Assembly: GCA_963555775.3 (NCBI GenBank)
Contig: CAUVWY020000001.1
Location: 69,534-133,533, forward strand
From: Terriglobia bacterium
GTDB taxonomy: Bacteria > Acidobacteriota > Terriglobia > 20CM-2-55-15
Length of the DNA stretch: 64,000 nt
Reading direction: 5' to 3'
Below, piece after piece: positions 28,294 through 37,683 of this stretch. The notes below the pieces were generated by a model, which did no database searches, was not told the DNA's origin, and saw only the letters and a program-made list of their open reading frames with translations. Both the position numbers and the translations under genes were made by a program. Each line of letters begins with the position of its first letter. Position 1 is the first letter of the stretch.

Positions 28294-29109
28294 ATGGAGA
28301 GGTGTTTGTCCGCTCGCGCGGCGACAGTGGTGGCTGCTCTTATCGCACTTGCCTGGACGCCGACGTTCGCCGCCCAGGACCCGTTCGCCCCCACGCCGCT
28401 GGTTGGCCCGGCGCCGGCAGAAGGTCTCCCGAATCTGAACGGAGTCTGGGACAACACCGAGTCCCCCGCCTATTCCAACGAGAGTTCCGTACGGGCGGCC
28501 TTCGACGGAGAACTGCCGCCGTTCACGCCGTATGGACTGGAGCAGTGGCTCATCCGGGATCTGTCGCAGGATCCCACGGGCTTGTGCCAACCGAGCGGGT
28601 TGGGCCGCATCCTGCGCGCGCCAAACCGGATACAAATCCTCCAAACGCACGGAATGGTCGTGATCCTCTCGGAGCTGTATTGGCAGTTTCATCGAATATT
28701 CACCGACGGGCGCGGCCATCCCGAGGAGATCGACCCCACGTGGTGGGGCCATTCGATCGGCCGATATGAGGACGGCAAACTCATGGTCGACACTGTTGGG
28801 GTGAATGACCGGAGTTGGCTGGCCACCGCCGGTCTCGAACATAGCGATCAGCTGCACCTGGTTCAGACGTTCGAACAGACCGGGCCGGACACGCTTCACA
28901 TCACCGAGAAATATGAGGATCCGATCTATTTCACCGAGCCCTGGACCATCGGTTACGACATGGAGCGCCAGGAATACGATCTGATGGAATATATCTGTCT
29001 GGACAACATGAACAAGGGCGTGGAGTACTACGTTCCCACGCCAGCCGAGGATAATCCGAATATAACGGGTGTCCCCTCTGAGGTCGATGTCAGTACGCCG
29101 CCTCAATGA
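28294..29109 (+). CDS. Hypothetical secreted protein, partner of the DUF6152-like gene
   Basis: SD 'gaggagg' precedes ATG 28294, followed by a signal peptide. Paralog of 62476-63432: 'GHSIGRYEDGKLMVDTVGVNDRSW' against 'GHSIGHWEGDTLVVDTVGFNERAW'. Confidence 0.65.
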   Translation: MERCLSARAATVVAALIALAWTPTFAAQDPFAPTPLVGPAPAEGLPNLNGVWDNTESPAYSNESSVRAAFDGELPPFTPYGLEQWLIRDLSQDPTGLCQPSGLGRILRAPNRIQILQTHGMVVILSELYWQFHRIFTDGRGHPEEIDPTWWGHSIGRYEDGKLMVDTVGVNDRSWLATAGLEHSDQLHLVQTFEQTGPDTLHITEKYEDPIYFTEPWTIGYDMERQEYDLMEYICLDNMNKGVEYYVPTPAEDNPNITGVPSEVDVSTPPQ

Positions 29110-29277
29110 GAACAGAACGCACCGAGCTTTCGAGATTCGGGTGGCCTTCTTCCGGACGGCTGGTCAATCCGTAAATATCAACGGACCGCGGCTGGCAACC
29201 CGGGCCGTGTCCAGTGTCTGGTCGAGCCCGAAATCAAGAGCAAGCCGATGCTCACCATCAACCTGAGGGCGTCCGCC

Positions 29278-30024
29278 ATGAAGTGGGTCATCACCTGTTG
29301 CGCGACGATTGCCTTTCTCGCCCAGTCGCCACAACCCCTGTTTCCGCAGGGCCGGCTCAGCGTCGTCTATCCCGAAGACAGTCGTCCTCCTCTCGCCTTT
29401 CGAGAGGACTGGCAGGACGACTGGAACGACGGTGAACCGTTGGCGAGGCTGAACGACTATCACGACACGGATTTGGACGCGCACTTGCAGAATCGCGGCT
29501 TGAGGCATGCCTGGTACGGACCCGGGGCGGGCGCGCCGGACATCCGTGTCGCCTACCCCCATAGTGACAGCGAACACGCGGCCGAGTACCGAGAAGGATG
29601 GGAGTACATTCGCCATATTGCCCCGAAGGACGACCCGGGCTATCTCTGGGCGGGGCAGTGCAGCGGGCCCTGCGCGATCACGCTGCGGGACAACAATAAC
29701 GACTTCGATATGACGGGACTGGCCAAAGTTCGGTGGCGCACCAAAATGGACGGCTTCCGTCAACTTCGCCTCATTCTGAAGCTTGCCGACGGAACCTTCC
29801 TGGTGAGCGATCGGTACGCGGGGCCGACCGGCGACTGGAACGTGTCGGAAATCTCTATCCCTGACGTTAGCTGGCACGCGCTCAACATCGAGACACTGAA
29901 CGAAGGTCGCGCCGTCGCCAACCCCGACCTCAGCCGGGTGGAGGAGATCGGCCTTACCCACCAGAGGACCGGTGCGGCTCGTGTCGACTGGATTGAACTT
30001 TACGCCGCTTCGGTTGGGCGTTAG
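29278..30024 (+). CDS. Hypothetical secreted protein
   Basis: ORF with a signal-like N-terminus 'MKWVITCCATIAFLAQS'. No family recognised. Confidence 0.5.
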   Translation: MKWVITCCATIAFLAQSPQPLFPQGRLSVVYPEDSRPPLAFREDWQDDWNDGEPLARLNDYHDTDLDAHLQNRGLRHAWYGPGAGAPDIRVAYPHSDSEHAAEYREGWEYIRHIAPKDDPGYLWAGQCSGPCAITLRDNNNDFDMTGLAKVRWRTKMDGFRQLRLILKLADGTFLVSDRYAGPTGDWNVSEISIPDVSWHALNIETLNEGRAVANPDLSRVEEIGLTHQRTGAARVDWIELYAASVGR

Positions 30025-30057
30025 GCGGTTTCCGGTGAGTTGCGAAAGGAGGACACC

Positions 30058-30930
30058 ATGAACTCGCGAAAGTGGACATATCATTCGAGGCTGGTTGTCG
30101 CGGTGTTCGCCGCTCTCGCATGGGGAAGCACCGCCCTGGAGGGTCAGCAGGTTGAGTCGGCGCTTCCAGCAGACTCCCGAGTCCAGACCCGCACCTATGT
30201 ATTCCCTGAAACGGGTGAAACGATCCCTTACTCCCTGTTTGTACCCTCAAACTATGACGAGGGCAGCGAGTGGCCGCTCATTGTTGGCCTGCATCGCGCG
30301 GGTCAGTCCCATGAGTCGTGGCTGGTGGATTACGCGGGCATGCTCGACCTCGCCGAGCAATACGGTTACGTCGTTGTTTCCCCCCTCGGATATCATACGC
30401 GCGGATACTACGGGAGTTTTGGCCCCGGGATGGCAACGGAATCGCTTGAGAGTTCGGGCCAGTTGACGGACGACCTGCCGCAGAACCTGGGCGAGCTGAG
30501 CGAGAAAGACGTGATGAACGTCTTCGAGATCGTTCAGGGCGAATTCAACATCGACGACGATCGGAACTATCTGTTGGGCCACTCGATGGGGGGAGTCGGA
30601 GCCCTTCACTTGGCAGCGAAGTATCCGGACATATGGGCCGCGATCGCCGTGGTGGCGCCGGGCAGTGTTCCCATGAAGACGGATTGGAGCGAACAGATCG
30701 AGAAGTTCACGCACATACCCACTTTCCTGATCCAGGGCGACCAAGACCGCTACATGCCCTTGAGCCGCGGGGTGGCTTCCACGATGAAGCGGCTCGGCAT
30801 GGCGCACGTGTATCTCGTTATCGAGGGCGGCGATCACACCCGATTCATCGCGGAGAATCCGGAGATGCTGTCGAAGGTCTACTCGTTCTTCAATGTCATT
30901 CGCAAGGATCAGCGTCCGGTGGTGCCTTGA
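30058..30930 (+). CDS. Alpha/beta-hydrolase esterase
   Basis: SD 'aggagg' precedes ATG 30058, followed by a signal peptide. 'GHSMGG' nucleophile elbow. 'GDQD' and 'GGDH' fit the Asp/His positions of the triad. Confidence 0.8.
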   Translation: MNSRKWTYHSRLVVAVFAALAWGSTALEGQQVESALPADSRVQTRTYVFPETGETIPYSLFVPSNYDEGSEWPLIVGLHRAGQSHESWLVDYAGMLDLAEQYGYVVVSPLGYHTRGYYGSFGPGMATESLESSGQLTDDLPQNLGELSEKDVMNVFEIVQGEFNIDDDRNYLLGHSMGGVGALHLAAKYPDIWAAIAVVAPGSVPMKTDWSEQIEKFTHIPTFLIQGDQDRYMPLSRGVASTMKRLGMAHVYLVIEGGDHTRFIAENPEMLSKVYSFFNVIRKDQRPVVP

Positions 30931-31531
30931 AGCGCCGATCCGGGTAGTTGTCTCATCGCAAGCGTCGAACGTAAACACGCATTCGAACCGTAGCCCGTCA
31001 GAGCATTCCGGACAGAAATCCCTGAAAAACCAGGAGACACTTTTCTGATCGAATCGATCTGAAGGAGGATCGATGAAGGAGAAAGTGTCCGCGGAAGATC
31101 GGGGGCTGGAACTCCGTCGGAAGACGAAGAAGAAGTACTCGGCGGAGCAGGAGGTTCGGGTCGTGTTGGAAAGGGACCCCCGTCCATGTCGTCATCGGCA
31201 CCGCCGAACCGGCAACTCACCGAACGAATCCGCAGCCACAGTCCTGCCATCGCCCAACCGGACGACTCTATTATCGACGCCTATGGCGGACGTAACCCGG
31301 CGTTCCAGCGCATCCGGAACCTGCGAGAGCAGTTCAGACCCCCGACCGAAATCCGGCGCCCCATCGAAAGCCATGACACCTGGAAACCTCAATCCATCCG
31401 TCTTTCCCGACCCGAGAATCGAATCGGGGATCCTGACTGAATCGACTGTCAAGAAACGGTCTCCGTTTTGCATCATCGTTTTTGCAGGAGCAGCCTGCAA
31501 TACCAACCCATAACTACTCGATCGGTTTTGT

Positions 31532-34500
31532 TCAGCGACTGCCCCGATCACACGTGGATCCGCTGAAATCGATAGATCTCAACCACTCCTGAAACGCGCT
31601 GTCCGCGGGCACACACAACCCCGTATTCTTGATATTCAGCCGCCGGAGTCGACGTAGTTGGGTCAACTCGGATGGAAGCGGTCCGGTCAGGTCGTTCCCG
31701 GAGAGATCCAGCCATTCGAGGTCGGACAGGTTCCCCACTGACTCCGGGATCGGCCCGGTCAACTTGTTGTTACGAAGACCGAGCCATTCGAGGTCGGACA
31801 GACGCCCCAGTGATTCCGGGATCGGCCCGGTCAACCCGTTCTCTGCGAGATACAGCGAGCCGAGTTTGGTCAGGTTGCCCAACTCGGCGGGAATCGGTCC
31901 GGTCAACCCGTTGTAGCCGAGCCACAGCGCTCGGAGGTTGGACAACCGCCCCAGCGACTCCGGGATCGGCCCGGTCAACCCGTTTTCATGAAGATCGAGC
32001 ACTTCGAGGTTGGACAGGCTCCCCACCAACTCCGGGATCGGCCCGGTCAACCCGTTTTCATGGAGATCCAGCGTCGTGACCCGTCCGTCAATACCGGCGA
32101 TATCGGTCTTCACCCCGATCCACGTGTATAGCGGCGCTCTCGTCTTCCAGTTCCTGCTGACCGTCCAGGCCGGGCCACCCGTCGTGTCGTACAACGTCAC
32201 CAGCGCTGGCCGATCCGTCGCAACCCTGCCCTTTGAGATAGTCAGATCCAGCGGTTGCCCGAACGCGTCGATGAAACGCAATGTGCCGGACGAGGCTTGC
32301 CCAGCTGTTCCGCTGAACAGGATGAACTGTGTAGACCATCCTCCCGAGTCCACGATATGGGGGAAGAACACATCCGCCGCGGTCGTTGGGCCCGTTTCGT
32401 TGGATGGCGGGGTCGTCGTCATCTTGATCTCCCCCTTTTCGTTGACGCGCAATCTCATCCCAACGATGGCGACATCGCCCGTGGAGGTGACCCGGAGCAC
32501 CCCCGAAAAGTTTTCCGGCAGTGCCGATATCTCGTCGAGAAAACGGGCAATCTGGCCCGAGGGCGGTAGCGTCAGTGTGGCCGAGGGCGCCGCCGGCGAT
32601 CCATCCAGATGTGTCACCTCCAGAGTCACCGTATTGGCCGTCGCTTCCGCGTTCGCGATGGCCAGTCCGGTTCGGATCGAGCCCGCCTGGCCGGGCATCC
32701 CGGACGCTTCGACATAGACACGGAATGCCGATCCTTTGGGCAGGGCGGGCACACCGGCTTCGGAAAGCGTCTTGTCCCCAGGAGCAAAAGAAAAGACGAC
32801 CAGACCCGCCGGGGCGGCGTTTCCGCGCTCGGGTGTCGCTCTCACCGAACCCGTGGCCGGTCCACGCGGGGGATTCGAGGTGGTGAATCTCTGAGCGCTG
32901 CGTGGACCTATCGAATAATCGAAGGTCGATCCCGTTGAACCATCGTCCAGCGTCAGGACCACGGGCGCCACCGCCGCCGTATCGCTCCCGGGTCCCAGAA
33001 ACCGGACCGTTCCCTTGATAGTCCGATCCGTTGGGTTCACCAGAATGACCTGGGTGGCCCACCCGTTGCCGTCCGCGAAATGGGGGAAATAGACCGTACC
33101 CGTAGGGGTGGTAGAGAACGGCGACGGAGGGGCGAATAGGGGCGCGACCGGGAGCGTCGTCATCAGAAACTCGCCGGATTCGTTGGTGAATCCCCGGAGG
33201 GCGATGACAGCGACCGGCACCGATGCGATAAAGGTAAAGGTTCCCAATACGGACCCGCTACCGGTGAATGGCGCCTGATCCAGGAATCTCGAAATATGCT
33301 GGCGCGCGCCGAGTTCGAAGACGCCGCTACCGGAACGGGTGCCGCGGGTGTCGGTGAAATAGAAGCTGATGTTTGCCGGTACGTCGTTCGGATTGGCGAT
33401 CGCCAGCCCGGTATTGACCGGCCCGTTCACTTCGGCAAATATCCGCCCTCTCCGGACCGGCTCGGCGGCCGGAACACCCGCTTCGGAAATCAGCACGCCG
33501 TTACTGTCCGTGAATTGAAAGATCGCAATCCCGGAAGGCGCGGTTGAACCCGCGGCCGCACCGATCCCTCCATAGCCAACGTTCAGTGTTTCCCCCGTCC
33601 CACCGCTGGTAATGGATCGGCCCCCACGATCCGGAACGGAGAACGATACGGGACACGTGGGTCCCCTGAAGTCTTCAATCGTTGCCAACCACTCCTGAAA
33701 CGCGCCATCGGAAGGCCCACACAAGCCTGTATTCTGGATATTCAGCCACCGGAGTAGTGACAATTGGGCCAGCCATGATGGAAGCGGCCCGGACAGGTCG
33801 TTCCCGGCGAGATCCAGCAGTTCGAGGAGGTCCAAGCCGCTCAGAGCGTCCGGAATCGGCCCGGTCAACTCGTTCCCGTTGAGATGCAGATATCTGAGGT
33901 AGCGCAGGCCCACCAGCGCGTCCGGAATCGGCCCGGACAGGTCGTTCTCGGCGAGATCCAGCAGTTCGAGGAGGTCCAAGCCGCTCAGGGCATCCGGGAT
34001 CGGTCCCGTCAACTCGTTCCCGTTGAGACGCAACCGTCTGAGGTTGGGCAGGACCCCCAGCGACTCCGGGATCGGTCCCGTCAACTCGTTCCCGTAGAGA
34101 TATAGATATTCAAGATTGGACAGGTTCCCCAGCGACTCCGGGATCGGTCCCGTCAACCCATTCCCGTTGAGACGCAGAAATCTGAGGTTAAGCAGGCCCC
34201 CCAGCGACTCCGGAATCGGCCCCGTCAATCCGTTCCGGTCGAGATCCAGCTGTCTGAGGTTGGGCAGGACCCCCAGCGACTCCGGGATCGGTCCCGTCAA
34301 CTCGTTCCCGTAGAGAGATAGATATTCAAGATTGGACAGGTTCCCCAGCGACTCCGGAATCGGCCCCGTCAATCCGTTCCCGTAGAGAAATAGCCTTTCG
34401 AGTTTGGACAGGCCTCCCAGCGACTCCGGAATCGGCCCCGTCAATCCGTTCCGGCCGAGATCCAGCCAATGGAGGTTGGGCAGGCGCCCCAGCGACTCCG

Positions 34501-35008
34501 GAATCGGCCCCGTCAACCCGTTCCCGTACAGATACAGATTTTCAAGGTTGGACAGGCTTCCCAGCGACTCGGGGATCGGCCCCGTTAACCCGTTGTCGGC
34601 GAGAGACAGCCATCGGACGCTGGACAGGCTTCCCAGCGACTCGGGGATCGGCCCCGTTAACCCGTTGTCGGCGAGAGACAGCCGGTCGAGTTTGGTCAGG
34701 TTGCCCAACTCGGCGGGAATCGTCCCCGTCAACCCGTTATCGGTAAGCTCCAACGCCGTGACCCGGCCCGCGTCGTCGGTCTTCACCCTCCGCCACTCCC
34801 CCAGCGGCGCGGCCGTGTTCCAGTTCCTGGTGTACCACCAGGTGGTCTCACCGCCGGTCGCGTCGTACAACGCCTCAAGCGCCGCCCGATCTGCCGCAAC
34901 GCTGCCCTGCGCAACGGCGTCGGCCCCAAGACTCGCGTAGACGGCCGCAGCCGCCAGCACCGGCCACGCCCGACGGCAGCATCGATATCCCGTCAACGCT
35001 GACACCAT
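31532..35008 (-). CDS. Large secreted leucine-rich-repeat protein with plant-specific-type 24-residue LRRs
   Basis: Signal peptide and an LRRNT-like cap 'DRAALEALYDATGG...W.....PLGEWRRVKTD..GRVTALEL'. By hand count, about 14 N-terminal and about 6 C-terminal repeats of 'L.L..N.LTGPIPESLG.L.NL..'. They flank a duplicated ~170-aa non-LRR module. Confidence 0.9.
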   Translation of the reverse strand: MVSALTGYRCCRRAWPVLAAAAVYASLGADAVAQGSVAADRAALEALYDATGGETTWWYTRNWNTAAPLGEWRRVKTDDAGRVTALELTDNGLTGTIPAELGNLTKLDRLSLADNGLTGPIPESLGSLSSVRWLSLADNGLTGPIPESLGSLSNLENLYLYGNGLTGPIPESLGRLPNLHWLDLGRNGLTGPIPESLGGLSKLERLFLYGNGLTGPIPESLGNLSNLEYLSLYGNELTGPIPESLGVLPNLRQLDLDRNGLTGPIPESLGGLLNLRFLRLNGNGLTGPIPESLGNLSNLEYLYLYGNELTGPIPESLGVLPNLRRLRLNGNELTGPIPDALSGLDLLELLDLAENDLSGPIPDALVGLRYLRYLHLNGNELTGPIPDALSGLDLLELLDLAGNDLSGPLPSWLAQLSLLRWLNIQNTGLCGPSDGAFQEWLATIEDFRGPTCPVSFSVPDRGGRSITSGGTGETLNVGYGGIGAAAGSTAPSGIAIFQFTDSNGVLISEAGVPAAEPVRRGRIFAEVNGPVNTGLAIANPNDVPANISFYFTDTRGTRSGSGVFELGARQHISRFLDQAPFTGSGSVLGTFTFIASVPVAVIALRGFTNESGEFLMTTLPVAPLFAPPSPFSTTPTGTVYFPHFADGNGWATQVILVNPTDRTIKGTVRFLGPGSDTAAVAPVVLTLDDGSTGSTFDYSIGPRSAQRFTTSNPPRGPATGSVRATPERGNAAPAGLVVFSFAPGDKTLSEAGVPALPKGSAFRVYVEASGMPGQAGSIRTGLAIANAEATANTVTLEVTHLDGSPAAPSATLTLPPSGQIARFLDEISALPENFSGVLRVTSTGDVAIVGMRLRVNEKGEIKMTTTPPSNETGPTTAADVFFPHIVDSGGWSTQFILFSGTAGQASSGTLRFIDAFGQPLDLTISKGRVATDRPALVTLYDTTGGPAWTVSRNWKTRAPLYTWIGVKTDIAGIDGRVTTLDLHENGLTGPIPELVGSLSNLEVLDLHENGLTGPIPESLGRLSNLRALWLGYNGLTGPIPAELGNLTKLGSLYLAENGLTGPIPESLGRLSDLEWLGLRNNKLTGPIPESVGNLSDLEWLDLSGNDLTGPLPSELTQLRRLRRLNIKNTGLCVPADSAFQEWLRSIDFSGSTCDRGSR

Positions 35009-35615
35009 CGCACACTCCCATCCGCGGGCCGGGCACGCTGGGCCCGCACATCGGTACTCAGCCGCATCATCGCAACATGTTCCCCCATGGCCGTCCCCGA
35101 TTCACCGTCCCGACGGGAGCTGCCGCTCGATGCTTGTCTCCCAATTCGGGTCAGGGAGAATAGGCATGGGCCTTCAGGGACCGACTGCCAGCCATCGGCA
35201 GCAGGCGTGCAGCGGAAGCTCCAAACCGCCATGGTAGCGAGAGGAAGGGCGCGCGCTCGTAAAGACACCGTTTTTCTCATTGTGGACTACCTTACAGGAA
35301 CACAGGAGGGGTGGGGTGAAGCCTCACCGGAATGTCAGAATAACTGGCTCGAAAGTCAAGCTGCCGGAACAGCGAGAAAATCAGCCCACTCCGAGTAAGT
35401 GCTCACGAACCGTATTGGCAGCGATTTAGGCCGGGACGAAGGTGAAAATGATCTTGCAGTCTGCTGAAAAACGATTTGTGATACCGGCCGAGCAACGACC
35501 CGCGCCTATAATTTGTTGATTCGTTGGTCGGCCGACGCCCACTCCCGGTCGGCCCTCGGCATAGAGGAGCCGCGAGCGGACGGACGCCGGATGCACGTAG
35601 CGCTGGGGGACTATT

Positions 35616-36458
35616 TTGGCCGGAACCCGCATACACGAGGGCGAACTCGTTTCGCCGGTTGAGTCGCTGGGACGCTATTTCGAGCGCGGCGGCACAACAG
35701 TGCTCCAGGCCGCATTTGAGCACTCCTACTTTGTCCACCCCGACAGGGTCCGGCAAAACACGCCCCTCTACCCGGACCGGGCTCGCTACAGCCGCAAGCA
35801 CTATCCGAAACTCCACAAGGGCGATCGCGCCACGTGGCAGGGGCGGGAAGTCAGGCTGGATGACAACTCCGCAGCCCAACGGGCCTGGGCGAGCTATTCC
35901 GGACGCCCCATCGAACGTGCTTCCGGCTATGGCGTTCGCCACGTTTGGGGACATCCCTGGGATCCGGACGCCTTCACGGCTGGATGGAATCTCTGCTACA
36001 TGCCCTTCTGGGCGGGCATGCTGACGGAACGGCAGCACCCTCACCCGGAACTGGAAATCGCGGTTCGCCAGACAGCGTGGGATCTTTACTTCCGCCAGGA
36101 CCCGGTGTGCGCTCCGCCGGACTTCGTCGCCGACCCCGGTATCGACCTCGATGCGATTCTTGGCGGAAAACCCGTCCTGATACTGGATGGGAGAACGGAC
36201 CCCGCCAACCGCCCGGAGCTGCCATCCGGGGTCTCCTGCGAAGAGATCGACGCGCATATTCGCGAAGTCAGGAAAATCACCAGGCAGAGTTGGTCGAACC
36301 TCCTGAAAGCCGCGCTGTCGCTCCAGGGAAAACCGCACGAGCCGTTCGGAACGCCCAATGTGCAGGCAACCGCGCAGAGCGTACTTCGACGCATTGGACG
36401 CGAGACGGGACTGGATCCGGCCGCACTTGAGCGGCGTTTGACGGCGATACGGCTCTAG
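35616..36458 (+). CDS. Hypothetical protein
   Basis: 280-aa ORF. Contains 'GYGVRHVWGHPWDPDAFTAGWNLCYMPFW', which I cannot assign. A long antisense ORF (35403-36338) is judged a shadow. Confidence 0.45.
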   Translation: MAGTRIHEGELVSPVESLGRYFERGGTTVLQAAFEHSYFVHPDRVRQNTPLYPDRARYSRKHYPKLHKGDRATWQGREVRLDDNSAAQRAWASYSGRPIERASGYGVRHVWGHPWDPDAFTAGWNLCYMPFWAGMLTERQHPHPELEIAVRQTAWDLYFRQDPVCAPPDFVADPGIDLDAILGGKPVLILDGRTDPANRPELPSGVSCEEIDAHIREVRKITRQSWSNLLKAALSLQGKPHEPFGTPNVQATAQSVLRRIGRETGLDPAALERRLTAIRL

Positions 36459-36641
36459 AAAGCCCGCTTGTTTTCACAAAGATATCGCCAATCAAATCAA
36501 CACCACAACACCGTTTCGCAATGCTTGGCCACTTGAAAAGCCGCTGGGTGCCGGATCGTTGCGTAAGCGCTTTTTCGTGCAACCAGAATACCGCCCTCCC
36601 AACCCTCTTGACGCATGGTGCCATATTTGCCACCATACCCC

Positions 36642-36995
36642 ATGAGAAGTAGAGATACTCGTCCTATCTCATGGATCAGTGCGGCGCGTAAGGCTTTCGA
36701 TGGCTTTCCAGAAGGGGCGCAGGACGCGATCATGCGGGCGCTGACGGTCGCAGCCGAAGGCCGTAAGGCCGACATTGCCAAGCCGCTGAAGGGTTTCGGT
36801 TCCGGCATATTCGAGGTGGCGCTCAGGTATCGTACCGATGCGTATCGGACAGTCTACGCCGTGCCGCTTGAGGAGCGTGTTTGGGTTTTGCACGCCTTCC
36901 AGAAGAAGGCGAAGCAGGGCATCAAGGCCCCGAAGCAGGAAATCGATCTGATCCGCGAGCGGCTCAAACGATTGAAGAAGGAGTTACAGCAATGA
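36642..36995 (+). CDS. Gp49-like (DUF891/HigB-2-type, RelE/ParE superfamily) toxin
   Basis: 'KPLKGFGSGIFEVALRYRTDAYRTVYAVPLEERVWVLHAFQKKAKQGIKAPKQEIDLIRERLK' is the family signature. ATGA overlap with the antitoxin. Confidence 0.8.
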   Translation: MRSRDTRPISWISAARKAFDGFPEGAQDAIMRALTVAAEGRKADIAKPLKGFGSGIFEVALRYRTDAYRTVYAVPLEERVWVLHAFQKKAKQGIKAPKQEIDLIRERLKRLKKELQQ

Positions 36996-37324
36996 GCAAA
37001 TCAGACGACGATTTTGAGTTGGTGCGCGGCAGCGGCAATGTCTTCCGTGATTTCGGGCGCGCTGACGCCGACGTGCAGCAAACCAAGGCACTTCTCGCCG
37101 CCCGCATCATCGGTATTCTCGACGATGAAGGGCTGTCGACGCGCAAGGCCGAGGGCCGCACCGGTGTCAGCCATGCGGACTTTACCCGCATCCGCAACGT
37201 GCAGCTTGACCGCTTCACTATTGACCGTCTGATGACCGTACTCAACAAGCTCGGCCAGCAGGTGGATGTGCAGATCGACGTTCACCCCCGCGTGGTTGCT
37301 GGAGAAGCGCCGATGCATTCGTGA
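36992..37324 (+). CDS. XRE-family HTH antitoxin (HTH_37-like)
   Basis: 'FELVRGSGNVFRDFG..DA...Q.KALLAARIIGILDDEGLSTRKAEGRTGVSHADFTRIRN..LDRFTIDRLM' is typical of partners of Gp49-like toxins. Confidence 0.8.
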   Translation: MSKSDDDFELVRGSGNVFRDFGRADADVQQTKALLAARIIGILDDEGLSTRKAEGRTGVSHADFTRIRNVQLDRFTIDRLMTVLNKLGQQVDVQIDVHPRVVAGEAPMHS

Positions 37325-37683
37325 GTTGTTTGCCCATTTGAACAGCCAATCCAGAGAGTCTTTTCTCTGTAAAAAGCAGCAGTCCAGCGTCGATCGGCTT
37401 TCGGCCCGATTCTCTACGAAACACTTGAAGAGATCGCGCATTGACAGAAAGTGTCGTTGGCCTGGGTAGTCCGCGCCGCGGCCGAGAAGTAAATCATGAG
37501 CGAAGCGAAAGAGGGTAGGTAGACCGGCTAGGCGATACCCAGGGGATTCGAATGTCGGCCCCCATGAGCAATTCGGAGCGAATTGGTTTTTGCCGGGCGG
37601 TACGTTGGAATTCAGACTCGAAGGGCGGAAGGCGATGAAGACGGCTGGCAGGACGAGTTGCCCTCCCGATGCGATAGGCGATA

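Noticed and set aside
31073-31513. ORF beginning 'MKEKVSAEDRGLELRRKTKKKYSAEQEVRVVLE', reminiscent of the N-terminus of IS3-family OrfA (HTH_Tnp_1)
   Set aside because: Only about 15 residues resemble OrfA. The remainder does not continue the family pattern in any frame I translated. At best it is a very degraded relic, too weak to call.
31600-34760. Regular 72-bp periodic repeats that could superficially suggest a CRISPR-like or tandem-repeat array
   Set aside because: The periodicity is exactly 24 codons inside one long ORF with the LRR consensus. There are no unique spacers and no cas genes, so these are coding repeats.
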